In this document: in pieces, positions 28,837 through 39,703 of the stretch | Layout: every line of letters starts with the position of its first letter | How positions within the stretch are numbered: the first letter of the stretch is position 1 | Assembly: GCA_965232605.1 (NCBI GenBank) | Contig: CBDDQA010000006.1 | Coordinates: 159,077 to 223,076 of the forward strand | From: an uncultured Candidatus Binatia bacterium | GTDB taxonomy: Bacteria; Desulfobacterota; Binatia; Bin18 | Direction: 5' to 3' | DNA: 64,000 nucleotides | Notes under the pieces: generated by a model | What the model saw: the letters and a program-made list of their open reading frames with translations, nothing else | The model's database searches: none | What the model was told of the DNA's origin: nothing | Made by a program: the position numbers and the translations under genes

Positions 28837-28839
28837 GGC

Positions 28840-29181
28840 ATGGCCGATACGAGCCTGCCCGAGGCGTTCGCCGACCTTGAGCCGCTGGCCGCGGTCTGGG
28901 CGCTGGCGACCGAAACCGAGCGCAACCAGCAGCGTCTCAGCAGCAGCATGGCGCAGATTCAAGCCTGCTACGACACCCTGCTGCCCCGCATGGAGGCCGT
29001 TCTCACCTATCTGAGTACATTCCCGCCAGAGCCGCCAGATGCACTGCCCCAAGAGGCCCGGCGGCTCTTATACCTGGCCCTGGCCCTGGCCGAAATCACC
29101 ACCGCGGTGGAACTCCATCAACAGCCGGGCGTGCCCGCCGGCTTTGATCCGCAGCGCTTTATTCCCGACCACGAGCGGTAA
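28840..29181 (+). CDS. Conserved ~113-aa partner protein (paralog 2), 3 nt after the Rieske stop.
   Basis: MADTSLPEAFADLEPLAAVWALATETERNQQRLSSSMAQIQACYDTLLP... Confidence 0.6.
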   Translation: MADTSLPEAFADLEPLAAVWALATETERNQQRLSSSMAQIQACYDTLLPRMEAVLTYLSTFPPEPPDALPQEARRLLYLALALAEITTAVELHQQPGVPAGFDPQRFIPDHER

Positions 29182-29189
29182 CAACCGGG

Positions 29190-30230
29190 CTACGATCTCT
29201 TTTGAAAATGGGGCATCACCTCTTTGGCGAAGAGCCGCATGGCCCGGACCGTTTTCGCATACTCCACACCGGGGAACTGCATCCAGCACAGCAGATAGTC
29301 CATGCCTAGTTCTTGCTGGTATTTCTCGATCTCCCGAATACAATGCTCCGGGTCGCCGATAATGAAACGCTCCCGGTGGGTGTCAAAGGTCACGCTTGCC
29401 GGGTCCTTGACCAACTCGCCCTTATCGTCTTTGAGCGGTCGGACGTTGGCCCACTTGCCGTACATCCCGGCGTGCAGATACATGATGCCCGCCCGGGCCT
29501 CCTCCTCGGCCTGGGCCGTGGTCTCGGCAACATAGACCTCGCGAATGACCGGCGTGGCGCTGGCCGTCTTATTGAAGCGCTGGAGCTGCTGCCGGTACAT
29601 CCGGTAGTGCTCTTTCAACTCGTTGATATGATGCCGGGGGGAGGCCACCAAGGCCGACCCCCACTGGGCCGCCCGGCGCACCCCGCCGCGGGTTGAGGCC
29701 CCAATCCAGATCGGCGGGTGCGGCTGTTGGACGGGCTTAGGGGTAATGGACAGGTCTTCCACCTGGTAGTACTGGCCCGAAAACGAGAAGCGCTCCGTCG
29801 TCCAGCCTCGAATCATCAGATCGAGCTGTTCTTCCATGCGTGGCTCACGCCCCGAACGCTGTTCTTCATACGCGGCGAACTCCTCGGGTCGATAGCCGGT
29901 CGCAACGCCGAGGATGAAACGACCCGCGGCGATATTATCGAGCACCGCCACGTCCTCGGCTGTCTGGACCGGCCGATGGAGCGGCAAGAGATACATGCTC
30001 GTCCCGATGATGAGCTTTGATGTTCGCGCGGCCATGGCCGCGGCCGTGACCAAAAGCGAGGGGCAGATACCGTCTTCCAGAAAGTGGTGCTCGACGAGCC
30101 AGGCCGATTCAAACCCAATCTCTTCGGCAATGACAATCTGGTCCAGCATCTCGCGATAGAGCTGTGCGTGCGTTTGGCCAGAGCCTGGCCGGAGCTGCAT
30201 AGAGAACGGACCGATCCCGAATCGCATCAT
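29190..30230 (-). CDS. LLM-class flavin-dependent oxidoreductase, copy 2.
   Basis: LLM TIM-barrel signature. Confidence 0.85.
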   Translation of the reverse strand: MMRFGIGPFSMQLRPGSGQTHAQLYREMLDQIVIAEEIGFESAWLVEHHFLEDGICPSLLVTAAAMAARTSKLIIGTSMYLLPLHRPVQTAEDVAVLDNIAAGRFILGVATGYRPEEFAAYEEQRSGREPRMEEQLDLMIRGWTTERFSFSGQYYQVEDLSITPKPVQQPHPPIWIGASTRGGVRRAAQWGSALVASPRHHINELKEHYRMYRQQLQRFNKTASATPVIREVYVAETTAQAEEEARAGIMYLHAGMYGKWANVRPLKDDKGELVKDPASVTFDTHRERFIIGDPEHCIREIEKYQQELGMDYLLCWMQFPGVEYAKTVRAMRLFAKEVMPHFQKRS

Positions 30231-30319
30231 ACCCTGCCCTCCTTTGGTGAAGCCGCTGAAATTATTCTCCTCTGAAAAAAGACTGTCAACGTTTGGAGCG
30301 ACCGAAGTTGGCTCTTAAT

Positions 30320-31795
30320 TCACCGTTGGTCTGACCGTTCTTGCATGGCTGGCGGGCCATAACTCGCCATCAACTCATCGACGATGGTGTGAAACTCGTC
30401 CCACGGAGTCTCCCGATAGGCGTGGCCACGTACAATGAATGAGGCCCCGGCATAGAACTTCTCATACTGCTGATGCCGGCCCGCGAACTCGGAGCCGACC
30501 ATATCCCAGGCCAGCTTGAACAGCTTCATGCGTGCTACCGCGTCTGCCTGGGGTGTCTGAAAGTAGGCTTCAAACTGCTCAGCGAGTTTTTCGTCCTCCA
30601 TGACCGAGATATCCGCCGGCATCTGAAACACGCCCCCGCCGCACAGATCACGCAGTTGGTCGATAAACTGGCTATAGTTCTGGGTGCACCAGTCGAGGGC
30701 CGCGTACATCATCCGCCGGTTAAAACACACATGGCCGTCCGGCCAGCTCTCACAGGCGTTGATCTGGCCGTGTACCATGCCGGCAATGGCGCCCTCGACC
30801 GAGGCCATTTTGCCAAGCGCATCTCGCACGGCCGGAATTTGGGCCGCGCCGGTTACGTGGGCAATCTTGCTACACAGGCCGAGCAGCAGGCGCATCTTCG
30901 ACCAATACCGCACGTTGGACTGATGATTGCCAAAGCAGTGGCTCGGGGTCTTGAGATAGATGTCCCGCGACAACACTGCATCATTATGAACAAAAACCTT
31001 CTCCCAGGGCACCTTCACTTGGTCGCACATCACCATGCTGTCGGTTTCGTCGTATCGATAGGCCAGTGGCGAATCAAACTCCGAGCGGCAAGCAGCTTCC
31101 ATGGATTTACGTGACCACAGACTCAGCCCTGGTGCATTGCACGGCACGGCACACGTAATCGCCTCTTTTTTCTGGTCAGGTGACAGGGGGATGACATTCC
31201 CGATCCAGATGTCATTGGCGAACACCGCGCCCGTCGCCAGCATCTTCATGCCAGAAATAATTACGCCGTCATCTTCCTCACGGACGACGCGGAGGGTGGG
31301 GACCGGCAGATTCTGGCGCTGATAGAACTCCGGGTCTCGGGCGGCCTGGGGAGGCAGCACGGCATAGACGGTGTAGATATCGTTATCGCGCACGTAGCGA
31401 TAATAGGCGAGCAGGTTGTCCGGATTACCGCACGGCGGCTTGAGCTCATCCGACTTCATGGCCATACCGGTCACAAAGCTGGCTACGTGGTCGGGCGAAC
31501 GCCCGAACATGCCGTAGGTCAGGTCCGCGATTTTTCGGTGCCCGACCATCCGCCGCTGCAGGTCGTCGCGCGTTTTGGCTCGTAAATAGTAAATCGAGTG
31601 CCGGCCGCCGTTCTCTTCGAAGGTCAGCGTCTCGCGATTGCCCGGGTCCGCCTTCATATCGTAGATGGCAGCCACCGTGCGGGCGGCGTTGCGGAACGCC
31701 GGATGGGTGGTGACATCCTCGACCCGTTCGCTGCCAATATAGACCACCCGTCCGTCCCGCAGGGACTCTAAATGCTCCTGACCGGTCTTCAGCAT
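30320..31795 (-). CDS. 4-hydroxyphenylacetate 3-hydroxylase (HpaB) family, oxygenase component of a two-component flavin monooxygenase.
   Basis: Family-wide similarity. AAGGAGA RBS before the ATG at 31795. Confidence 0.85.
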   Translation of the reverse strand: MLKTGQEHLESLRDGRVVYIGSERVEDVTTHPAFRNAARTVAAIYDMKADPGNRETLTFEENGGRHSIYYLRAKTRDDLQRRMVGHRKIADLTYGMFGRSPDHVASFVTGMAMKSDELKPPCGNPDNLLAYYRYVRDNDIYTVYAVLPPQAARDPEFYQRQNLPVPTLRVVREEDDGVIISGMKMLATGAVFANDIWIGNVIPLSPDQKKEAITCAVPCNAPGLSLWSRKSMEAACRSEFDSPLAYRYDETDSMVMCDQVKVPWEKVFVHNDAVLSRDIYLKTPSHCFGNHQSNVRYWSKMRLLLGLCSKIAHVTGAAQIPAVRDALGKMASVEGAIAGMVHGQINACESWPDGHVCFNRRMMYAALDWCTQNYSQFIDQLRDLCGGGVFQMPADISVMEDEKLAEQFEAYFQTPQADAVARMKLFKLAWDMVGSEFAGRHQQYEKFYAGASFIVRGHAYRETPWDEFHTIVDELMASYGPPAMQERSDQR

Positions 31796-32121
31796 GGTCG
31801 TCTCCTTTCCAACAGCGCAGTACGAGCCGTGCATAGCACGCTTTGCGGGCGAAATCGCGTTCGATACCCATGGGAGAGGAACTCTTCTCGCTGAGGCCCG
31901 ACCATCGGCAGAGATGAAGCGGATACAGATTCTCCCGAAATCAATTGAATATGAGAGAGGGGCGGGAGGGCGCTCATCACAGTAAGTGATGATATGTAAA
32001 CGAAAAGAGGAGTCTTACTTGACTTTTGCCGCCAACTGACCCAGTTTCTCTCCAATGTTGTCTGGATGGGCCCGCCACCACTGAAGAGCGCACGCACGGG
32101 CGCGCGCAAAAGGAACGTCAG

Positions 32122-33318
32122 ATGTACGAAATGTTATCCGGCCTGCGCGTGGTCGAAATGGGCCATATTGCCCTTGGCCCCCTGGCTTCCCAGATGTTGG
32201 GTGACTATGGGGCGGAAGTCATCAAAATCGAGCCGCCGAGCGGCGATGTGTACCGCGCCCTCGGAATAAGCCGTAACCAGGGCATGAGCGCCCAATGGAT
32301 GGCCTGCAATCGCAACAAACGCAGCGTGGCTATCGACCTCAAGCGTGAGGAAGGCCGGCAACTGCTGCGCGACTTGCTGAAGACGGCGGACGCGTTCCTG
32401 CACAATATGCGTCCACCCGCTATTCGCCGCTTGGGCTTCGACTACGCGGCGGTGCGCAAAATCAACCCCGACATCGTCTACTGCTTCTCCGGCGGCTTCG
32501 GACAGGATGGGCCGTATAAGGATTACCCGGCGTTCGACGATATCATCCAAGCATACTCGGGTATCGCTGCTGTCAATAGCCTGCAAACAGGACAACCCGA
32601 ACTGGTCCCCATGGTGGTGTGCGACACCATGACGGGACAAGCGCTCGGGCAAGCTCTCCTCGCCGGGCTCCTCAGTCGGCAACTGCACGGCCAAGGCGTC
32701 TGCATCGAAGTACCGATGTACGAGTTGGTTGTGAGCGCGCTCATGAATCAACATCTGAACGGCGAAGGCTTCGTCCCCGCGGAAGGGCCGCTTGGTTACA
32801 ACCGCGTGCTGAACCCCTCAAGACGCCCGTGTCGAACGAAAGACGGCTTCATGGTGCATGGCGTCTACAAGGTCGAGAACTGGCGCAAGTTATGCAAGGC
32901 GATAGGCCGTCACGACTTGCTCGACAGCGGCATGCTGGACGACCAACACACCGTCGCGGCCAACATCTCGACCCTGTACACAATCATGCTCGAAGAGATC
33001 ATGCCGCAACGTACGAATACCGAATGGGTCGCGCTCTTCAATGCACTGGACATTCCGTACGCTGAAGTCCAGCAGTTGGACACCTTAATGGACGACGCGC
33101 ACTTGCGGGCCGTGGGGTTGTTCGAAGAATATGAGCATCCGACAGAAGGTGCCGTGCGGCAAATTCGCCAACCGATCAATGTGACTGGATGTGACCGCCG
33201 CAGCGACCGGCCCCCGCCGCAGCTCGGCCAAGACACCGTCACCGTCTTGAACGAGCTGTACGGCGACGAGGACCAGGTGCGCCAGCTCATCGATGACGGC
33301 ATTGTCGTCGCCAAGTAA
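32122..33318 (+). CDS. Family III CoA-transferase (CaiB/BaiF).
   Basis: LSGLRVVEMGHIALGP... family signature. Start at the internal ATG of the tracked ORF. Confidence 0.85.
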   Translation: MYEMLSGLRVVEMGHIALGPLASQMLGDYGAEVIKIEPPSGDVYRALGISRNQGMSAQWMACNRNKRSVAIDLKREEGRQLLRDLLKTADAFLHNMRPPAIRRLGFDYAAVRKINPDIVYCFSGGFGQDGPYKDYPAFDDIIQAYSGIAAVNSLQTGQPELVPMVVCDTMTGQALGQALLAGLLSRQLHGQGVCIEVPMYELVVSALMNQHLNGEGFVPAEGPLGYNRVLNPSRRPCRTKDGFMVHGVYKVENWRKLCKAIGRHDLLDSGMLDDQHTVAANISTLYTIMLEEIMPQRTNTEWVALFNALDIPYAEVQQLDTLMDDAHLRAVGLFEEYEHPTEGAVRQIRQPINVTGCDRRSDRPPPQLGQDTVTVLNELYGDEDQVRQLIDDGIVVAK

Positions 33319-33399
33319 ACACAGGCGAAGGAATCGTACGTATTGCCGGCGAATTTGTATTTTTAGGAACGCGCGCCCGTCTGCGAGAGCAAATAACGG

Positions 33400-33535
33400 T
33401 GCTGTGTCGCCGCCCAGTCATTCCTGCGCAAGAACGTCACCCCTGCGAAAGCAGGGGCAGGAATCCAGCCTCCCGGCCTCTGGATGACGAAAGCGTACTG
33501 GCACGGCTACAACGTATCGTGAAACGCTCTAGCCC
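33400..33535. repeat. REP/MITE-like element copy (hairpin ccctgcgaaagcaggg plus terminal ...acggctacaacgtatcgtgaaacgctctagcc), in a convergent gap.
   Basis: The ~40-bp terminal block is near-identical to 42062-42101. Confidence 0.55.
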
Positions 33536-34302
33536 ATATTCTTCACCATTCCGCCGTCGATGTCATACGCAGCCCCCGTGATGAAGCTGGCTCGTTCTGA
33601 GCACAGAAAGGCGACCAGATCGGCAATCTCTTCGGATCGGCCAAACCGACCGAGCGGAATATGGGCGGTGGCAAAGTCGTTGATCATGCCGTCCGGGTCG
33701 TCGGGATTCAACGTCTTTGACAGACCATCCCACAGTGGAGTCCGCGTCGGCCCTGGGCAGACGGCGTTCACCAGGATGTTATCCTTGGCCAGTTCGTCGG
33801 CCAAGGTTTTGCTCAGACTGATGATGGCCGCTTTCGTGGCGTTGTAGTCGATCAATCCGGCGTTGGGCTGTTTGCCGAAGATCGACGCATTATTGACAAT
33901 CCGGCCCCATTTTTGTTTTTGCATCAGGGGAACGGCAAGCCGGGAGCAGCGAATCACGCTGAACAGATTGATATCAAGATTATCCTGCCACTCCTCATCT
34001 GACAGACCCAGCCCCTGACTCAGATGGTACCAGCCAGCATTATTGACCAGGATATCAAGCTTGCCGAACTGCTGTACCGTTGTGTCAAAAAGGGTCTGGA
34101 TGTCTGCGGCTTTACTGACATCAGCCTGGACTGCCAGGGCCTGCGGACCTAAAGCTTGGGCGGTGCGAGCTAATTGCTCCTCACCGCGTGCGCAAATCAC
34201 GACGTGGGCTCCCTCTTTGACCAGACGCTGGGCCATGGCCTCGCCCAGACCGTAGCTCGCTCCAGTAATGACCGCTACGCGGTCTTTTAAACCAAGATCC
34301 AT
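33529..34302 (-). CDS. SDR-family oxidoreductase.
   Basis: ITGASYGLG Rossmann motif, NNAG, Y...K. Confidence 0.9.
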   Translation of the reverse strand: MDLGLKDRVAVITGASYGLGEAMAQRLVKEGAHVVICARGEEQLARTAQALGPQALAVQADVSKAADIQTLFDTTVQQFGKLDILVNNAGWYHLSQGLGLSDEEWQDNLDINLFSVIRCSRLAVPLMQKQKWGRIVNNASIFGKQPNAGLIDYNATKAAIISLSKTLADELAKDNILVNAVCPGPTRTPLWDGLSKTLNPDDPDGMINDFATAHIPLGRFGRSEEIADLVAFLCSERASFITGAAYDIDGGMVKNMG

Positions 34303-34668
34303 ATCTCCCTCCTTCCGACGTTATCGCCTATCAATTCGGGGGTACGATAGCAAACGATACTGGAGAAGTCATAAGGGACGTTACAGTCTTAGCGGGGCAA
34401 TGGCAACGATGAGGGGAAAAGTGGGTCACGTGAAAGTGAAAGGTCAGGGATTTGTAATGCGCATCTCTACTGAAGTCACTGAACGGCTCAACCGCTTCTG
34501 GAGTACGTCCCGTTTCGTAAAATGGCTCATTTTCTGACGAATCGTTGCCGGCTCCCATAAAGGACGTCCGTTTTGAAAAGGCGCCCGCCTTTACAGCATT
34601 GACAGCCTGAGGCCGGCTCACGTAGTTAGGGCGCGGGGAAAAAATAGTTCGTTGTGAGGGAGGGCTCT

Positions 34669-35958
34669 ATGGCTGAATCTGTTGAAGGCGGACGAGTGCC
34701 AGAGATAGGCAACCCGCACGGGATGGACTGGACTCCGCTCCGAGATGTTGGGAAGGCGGAGATTCCCGTCTCTCGATACGTCTCAGACGACTACTACGCG
34801 AGAGAGAAGGAACGTATCTGGCGACGTTCGTGGCTGTTGATCGGACGCGAGTCGGACGTTTCGAAAGCCGGAGATTTTTTCACCTTCTACCTCCACGTTC
34901 TGAGCACGCTGGTCATCGTGATTCGCGGAAAGGACGGGGAGCTGCGAGCGTTTCACAACGTCTGTCAGCACCGGGGGGCCCAGATCCAACACGAAGCCTG
35001 TGGCAGTTGCAGGGCGCTTACCTGTGCATTTCACGGATGGGTGTATGATCTGGACGGCTCGCTCCTTAACGTGCCTCAGGCCGAGCAGTTTGAAGAACTC
35101 GACTACGAGGAGCGGCAACTGAAGAGGATCCATCTTGATACCTGGGGCGGCTTCGTCTTCATCAACCTGGACCCGGCCGACCAGCCCGAACACACGCTCG
35201 CAGAATGGCTCGGTCCGATGCCGGGGCCGCTTGGCGAGTATTTCGCGAAGGAGAACTGGATCTGGCGGGTCGGTTGGAAAGGTATCTTCGAGGCCAATTG
35301 GAAAATCATGGTCGACGTTCAGCTGGAGGGCTACCACGTCAATGCGCTCCACGCCAAGACCATCGGAGGGGTCTTCGGCCCAGCGCAGCTTCAGAACCTC
35401 GCCTTTCCAGATACGCCGGGAATGCCGACCAAGCTCGAGTTCATGCGCCCGGACATTTCGAAAGACAAGAGCTTCCGGCGTCCAATTCAAACGCCCGTGA
35501 TGAAAGCGGCCGTGGAGTACGGGGCCACATCTCCCTTTACTGACAAAGACGCCTCCTCGGGCGGTATTCCCCTCCGCGCGAACCACTACCCCGGAGCAAT
35601 CAACAGGCTGGACGACCCTCTTTGGATCTTCGACGACTACCTGATCTTTCCGAACGTGGTGATGATGGCGCAGACCGACCACATCTGGTTGCAACGAGTG
35701 TGGCCGATTTCCCAGCATCGCACAGCCTGGGAGTTCGAGTGGTATTTCATCGATTGGCCCAAAAGCTTCGGCGAGTGGTTTGCCTGGGAGCAGGCCTACT
35801 GCCATTTTCGAGATGTGACAACCCAAGACATGGTGAACGTCGAAGGAATGCAAAAGGCCTACCGCGCCGGCTCCATCAGTACAATGGTCGTCTCAGATAT
35901 CGAGGGCGGCGTACGGTGCTTTCAGGACAAAGTCACCCAGATCGTTGGCGCAGAGTGA
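34669..35958 (+). CDS. Rieske oxygenase alpha subunit (paralog 3).
   Basis: CQHRGAQI...CAFHGWVY. GAGGGAGGG RBS before the ATG at 34669. Confidence 0.85.
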   Translation: MAESVEGGRVPEIGNPHGMDWTPLRDVGKAEIPVSRYVSDDYYAREKERIWRRSWLLIGRESDVSKAGDFFTFYLHVLSTLVIVIRGKDGELRAFHNVCQHRGAQIQHEACGSCRALTCAFHGWVYDLDGSLLNVPQAEQFEELDYEERQLKRIHLDTWGGFVFINLDPADQPEHTLAEWLGPMPGPLGEYFAKENWIWRVGWKGIFEANWKIMVDVQLEGYHVNALHAKTIGGVFGPAQLQNLAFPDTPGMPTKLEFMRPDISKDKSFRRPIQTPVMKAAVEYGATSPFTDKDASSGGIPLRANHYPGAINRLDDPLWIFDDYLIFPNVVMMAQTDHIWLQRVWPISQHRTAWEFEWYFIDWPKSFGEWFAWEQAYCHFRDVTTQDMVNVEGMQKAYRAGSISTMVVSDIEGGVRCFQDKVTQIVGAE

Positions 35959-35998
35959 ACTCCACAAGGCCCGTAGACCGAAAACAAGGAGGCTGAGC

Positions 35999-36349
35999 AT
36001 GCCGGACTTCCGTCACCTGAAGGACTACATCGAAACGTGGGGTCTCCCGACGCGGGAGGCCCGCCTGGAGAAGCGTTTAACGAGTTCGTTCCAAGAACTC
36101 AAAGACTTCTACGAAGCAGTGGGCCCACACCTCGACGAAATCATCGCCTTCCTGAATCAATGGCCCCTGGACGAGATCCCCCCAGAACATCGGAGCCTCG
36201 CCGACACCGCACTGATGCTGTGCGAGGCCGACAACCCGGTCACTAAGTGGCGATCGACCACGCTCACATCCGGTGTCGATCCGCGGCGACTCGAGGTGAA
36301 AGCCAACCCGTACGACTCGCCTCAGCTCGACGCAACGAAACGTCCGTAG
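35999..36349 (+). CDS. Conserved ~116-aa partner protein (paralog 3).
   Basis: AAGGAGG RBS. MPDFRHLKDYIETWGLPTREARLEKRLTSSFQELKDFYEAVGPHLDEIIAFLNQWPLDEIP shares the motif skeleton of the other two partners. Confidence 0.55.
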   Translation: MPDFRHLKDYIETWGLPTREARLEKRLTSSFQELKDFYEAVGPHLDEIIAFLNQWPLDEIPPEHRSLADTALMLCEADNPVTKWRSTTLTSGVDPRRLEVKANPYDSPQLDATKRP

Positions 36350-36558
36350 GGATCTCTGCGAGAGTTCCTCGTGGGTGGTCTCCAGGCCGGCGATACCAGC
36401 AGAAGAGCGCTGGTCATCGGACCTCACATTGAGTGATCTTTGTGCTCTGCACCAGCAACTTGACACCGCGTCGAACCATGGTATGCACGATCATTATCGG
36501 TCTGAGATATCTCTAAGCGACCTGAAAACCTCCAGGGGATACGGGAGGGGGGAACACC

Positions 36559-38196
36559 ATGGCAAACGGAGCGATCGAGCACTATGACGTGGTGGTCATC
36601 GGGGCGGGCTTTGGCGGCTTGTACGCCCTGCACCATCTACGCGGGATGGGCCTCTCGGTGCGCGTCTACGACGGCGCCGCCGGCGTGGGCGGCACGTGGT
36701 GGTGGAACCGCTATCCCGGCGCGCGGGTCGATTTTCCGGGCAGCCCCTTCTACTGCTATACGTTCTCAGAAGAACTCGTGCGGGAGTGGGACTGGCCCGA
36801 GACCCAGCCCGATCAGCCCACGGTGCTGGCCTATTTGGCGTACGTCGCCGACCGGTTCGACCTGCGCCGCGACATCCAGCTCGAAACCTGGATGCGCAAC
36901 GCCTGCTACGACGAAGAGGCGCAACGCTGGATGCTCGAAACCAGCGCCGGCGAGCACGTTTCGGCCCAGTTTCTGATCTGCGCGGTCGGCACTCTCTCGG
37001 CGACGCATAAGCCAGACCTCCCTGGGCTCGATACCTTTACCGGCGAGTGTTACCACACCGGCCGCTGGCCGCGTGAGCCCGTCTCCTTTACGGGTAAGCG
37101 CGTCGGCGTGATCGGGACCGGCTCCTCGGGGGTGCAGGCGATTCCCGAGATCGCCCGCGAGGCCGCATACCTGACCGTGTTCCAGCGCACGCCGCAGTAC
37201 AGCATCCCGGTTCGCAACCGCCCCATGGACCCCGAGGTAGTGCGACAGGCCCGCGAGAACTGGGCTGCAATCCGCGCGAAGATGAACGCCTCGCCCCTGG
37301 GCGCACCGTTCGAGGTCTCCGAGCGCTCGGCCTTCGAGGATACGCCCGAGCAGCGCCAGGCGCTCTACGAAGAGCTCTGGCAGAAGGGTGGCTTCCATAT
37401 CCTCTTTGGCAGCTATGCCGACCTCCTGACCAATAAGGAGGCCAACCGCACGCTGGCCGACTTCGTGCGCGGCAAGATTCGTGAGATCGTACGCGACCCC
37501 GCGACCGCCGAGAAGTTGATGCCCGACTACTATATGGGCACCAAGCGCCAACTCCTCGACGACGGCTATTACGAGACCTTTAACCGCGACAACGTCGCTC
37601 TGGTCGATCTGCGCCAAGACCCGATTCAGGAGATCACGCCCGAAGGCGTGCGCACCGCCAACAGCGAACACCTGCTCGACATACTCGTGCTGGCGACGGG
37701 CTTCGACGCCATCACCGGCGCGCTGGTGCGCCTCAACCCAAAGGGACGTGGCGGCGTCAGCCTCCAGGAGAAGTGGCGCACGCGCTTCGACACCTACCTC
37801 GGCATGACCATAGCCGACTTCCCCAACCTCTTTATGCTCCACGGCCCTGGGTCGCCCTCGGTGCTCTTCAATATGCCGCTCGGCGCCGAGCTCGAGTCGG
37901 CATGGATCGGCGATTGCATGCGTTACCTGCGCAAACACGGCCTGGGTGCCATCGAGCCGACCCCCGACGCCGAGAAAAACTGGGACCGAGAGGTCGCCGA
38001 GATCGCCAACGAGACGCTCTACCCCCTCACCGACTCGTGGTACACGGGGGCGAACATCCCGGGCAAGCACCGCCAATTCTGCGTGTATCTGGGCGGCCCC
38101 GACTACTTCCGGCGCCTCGCCGAGGTCGCCTCCCAAGGCTACGAGGGCTTCGTATTTGAGGAGGAACACCGCGCGGAGGTTGCCGCCGCGTCCTGA
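36559..38196 (+). CDS. Type I Baeyer-Villiger (flavin-containing) monooxygenase.
   Basis: Two GxGxxG motifs and the BVMO fingerprint FTGECYHTGRWP. Confidence 0.9.
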   Translation: MANGAIEHYDVVVIGAGFGGLYALHHLRGMGLSVRVYDGAAGVGGTWWWNRYPGARVDFPGSPFYCYTFSEELVREWDWPETQPDQPTVLAYLAYVADRFDLRRDIQLETWMRNACYDEEAQRWMLETSAGEHVSAQFLICAVGTLSATHKPDLPGLDTFTGECYHTGRWPREPVSFTGKRVGVIGTGSSGVQAIPEIAREAAYLTVFQRTPQYSIPVRNRPMDPEVVRQARENWAAIRAKMNASPLGAPFEVSERSAFEDTPEQRQALYEELWQKGGFHILFGSYADLLTNKEANRTLADFVRGKIREIVRDPATAEKLMPDYYMGTKRQLLDDGYYETFNRDNVALVDLRQDPIQEITPEGVRTANSEHLLDILVLATGFDAITGALVRLNPKGRGGVSLQEKWRTRFDTYLGMTIADFPNLFMLHGPGSPSVLFNMPLGAELESAWIGDCMRYLRKHGLGAIEPTPDAEKNWDREVAEIANETLYPLTDSWYTGANIPGKHRQFCVYLGGPDYFRRLAEVASQGYEGFVFEEEHRAEVAAAS

Positions 38197-38482
38197 GTAC
38201 CTGAGAAAATCAACCCTGGGGCCACGCCGTACTGATCTGCTTTCGTAACAGGATGTATACAGAAGGGGATCACGAGGCCGTTGCTCTCCTGGCAACTGGC
38301 CTCGTACTCGTTAGCAGAGTCCGGACAAGTGGACATATTGAAGCCGTAGGATTCTCTGTTTGGTCTCAAAGCTGGGCCGCTGATAGGCCGACCCGGCAAA
38401 TCGTGGGATGACTTTACAATACGGGGGGCAGGGACTAGAAGGTGAGTTGCCATATGGGCAGGTGATTCAGAAGGAGGCAACG

Positions 38483-39703
38483 ATGGCGATGGGACTGGAC
38501 CAGGTACAACCAGCGGCCCCGCTGGATTTTTTAATGATTGATGCCGACCACCATTATTATGAGCCAGATGATTGCTTCACGCGTCATATGGAATCAGCCT
38601 ATGCCAACCGTGCGGTCAATATCCGCAGGGGCGAGGGCAAGTTTGGACGGGTGTATATCGGTGATGAACGGATGCGATTTTTCAGCGTCATTCCCGGCGA
38701 CCACACCGGCGGGCCGGGCGCACTGCAGGAGTTTCTCAAGAGCCACTCAGGCGAGGGCGATGGCCTGGTCTCGGGCGAGACGGTCTCAGCGGCAACGTTT
38801 CCCGAATCAACAGACTCCAAGGTACGGTTGCGCAAGATGGATGAACAAGGGGTTGAGGCCGCCCTGATGCTTCCGACGCTAGGTGTCGGCATCGCGCATG
38901 AGCTCCGCCACGAGCCGCAGGCGTTGTTCGCCAATTTGCGCGCGTTTAACCGCTGGCTCGAAGAGGACTGGAGCTTTGGGCAGGATGGCCGTCTGTATGG
39001 TATTCCCGTCTTGTCGCTCGTGGATATTGACCTCGCGGTCGCCGAACTCGAACGGGTCCTCGCCTTGGGCGCGCGCAGTGTGAACCTGACGCCGGGGCCG
39101 GTCAATGGGCGCTCGCCGGCAGACCCGCTGTACGATCCGTTCTGGGCGCGCTGTCAGGAAGCCGGCATTCCGGTGGTGTTTCATCTGGGCAATGACGGCC
39201 TGACCGAAATATACTCGTCACAATGGAGTGAGAACCCCTCCCCTCCGAGCCACCGACTCAGTCCGTTCCAACGGGTGATCGCTTCGACGGAACGCGCGAC
39301 GGCTGATACCCTGAGCGCGCTCGTGTTCCACAATCTGTTTGGTCGATTTCCGAGCCTGCAGGTCGTAAGCATTGAGAACGGGGCCGCGTGGATTGCGCCC
39401 TTACTCAAGGCCATGGACCACGCGGCACGGCTGTCGGGTCCGCGAGATTGGACATTCGGCCATGCTCCGGACCGACCCAGCGAAATTTTCAAGCGACACA
39501 TTAAAGTCTCTCCCTTTCCGGAAGAGGACATTCCGGCGCTGGTAGAGGTCATCGGGCCAGAAAACGTGTTGGCCGGTTCCGACTGGCCGCATCCTGAGGG
39601 CTGTGCTGAGCCGATTGATTATGTGGAAGGGCTGAAGGGCCTGTCGCCTGAGGTGGTTCGGGCGGTGATGCGCGATAACACACAGAAGCTCTTTGGCGTC
39701 TAA
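38483..39703 (+). CDS. Amidohydrolase-2 (PF04909-like, ACMSD/LigI-type) family protein.
   Basis: DADHHYYEP start and downstream His/Asp pattern. GAAGGAGG RBS. Confidence 0.75.
   Translation: MAMGLDQVQPAAPLDFLMIDADHHYYEPDDCFTRHMESAYANRAVNIRRGEGKFGRVYIGDERMRFFSVIPGDHTGGPGALQEFLKSHSGEGDGLVSGETVSAATFPESTDSKVRLRKMDEQGVEAALMLPTLGVGIAHELRHEPQALFANLRAFNRWLEEDWSFGQDGRLYGIPVLSLVDIDLAVAELERVLALGARSVNLTPGPVNGRSPADPLYDPFWARCQEAGIPVVFHLGNDGLTEIYSSQWSENPSPPSHRLSPFQRVIASTERATADTLSALVFHNLFGRFPSLQVVSIENGAAWIAPLLKAMDHAARLSGPRDWTFGHAPDRPSEIFKRHIKVSPFPEEDIPALVEVIGPENVLAGSDWPHPEGCAEPIDYVEGLKGLSPEVVRAVMRDNTQKLFGV

Noticed and set aside
36766-38295. 509-aa minus-strand ORF antisense to the BVMO gene.
   Set aside because: Antisense artefact. 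The BVMO on the plus strand has clear fingerprints.
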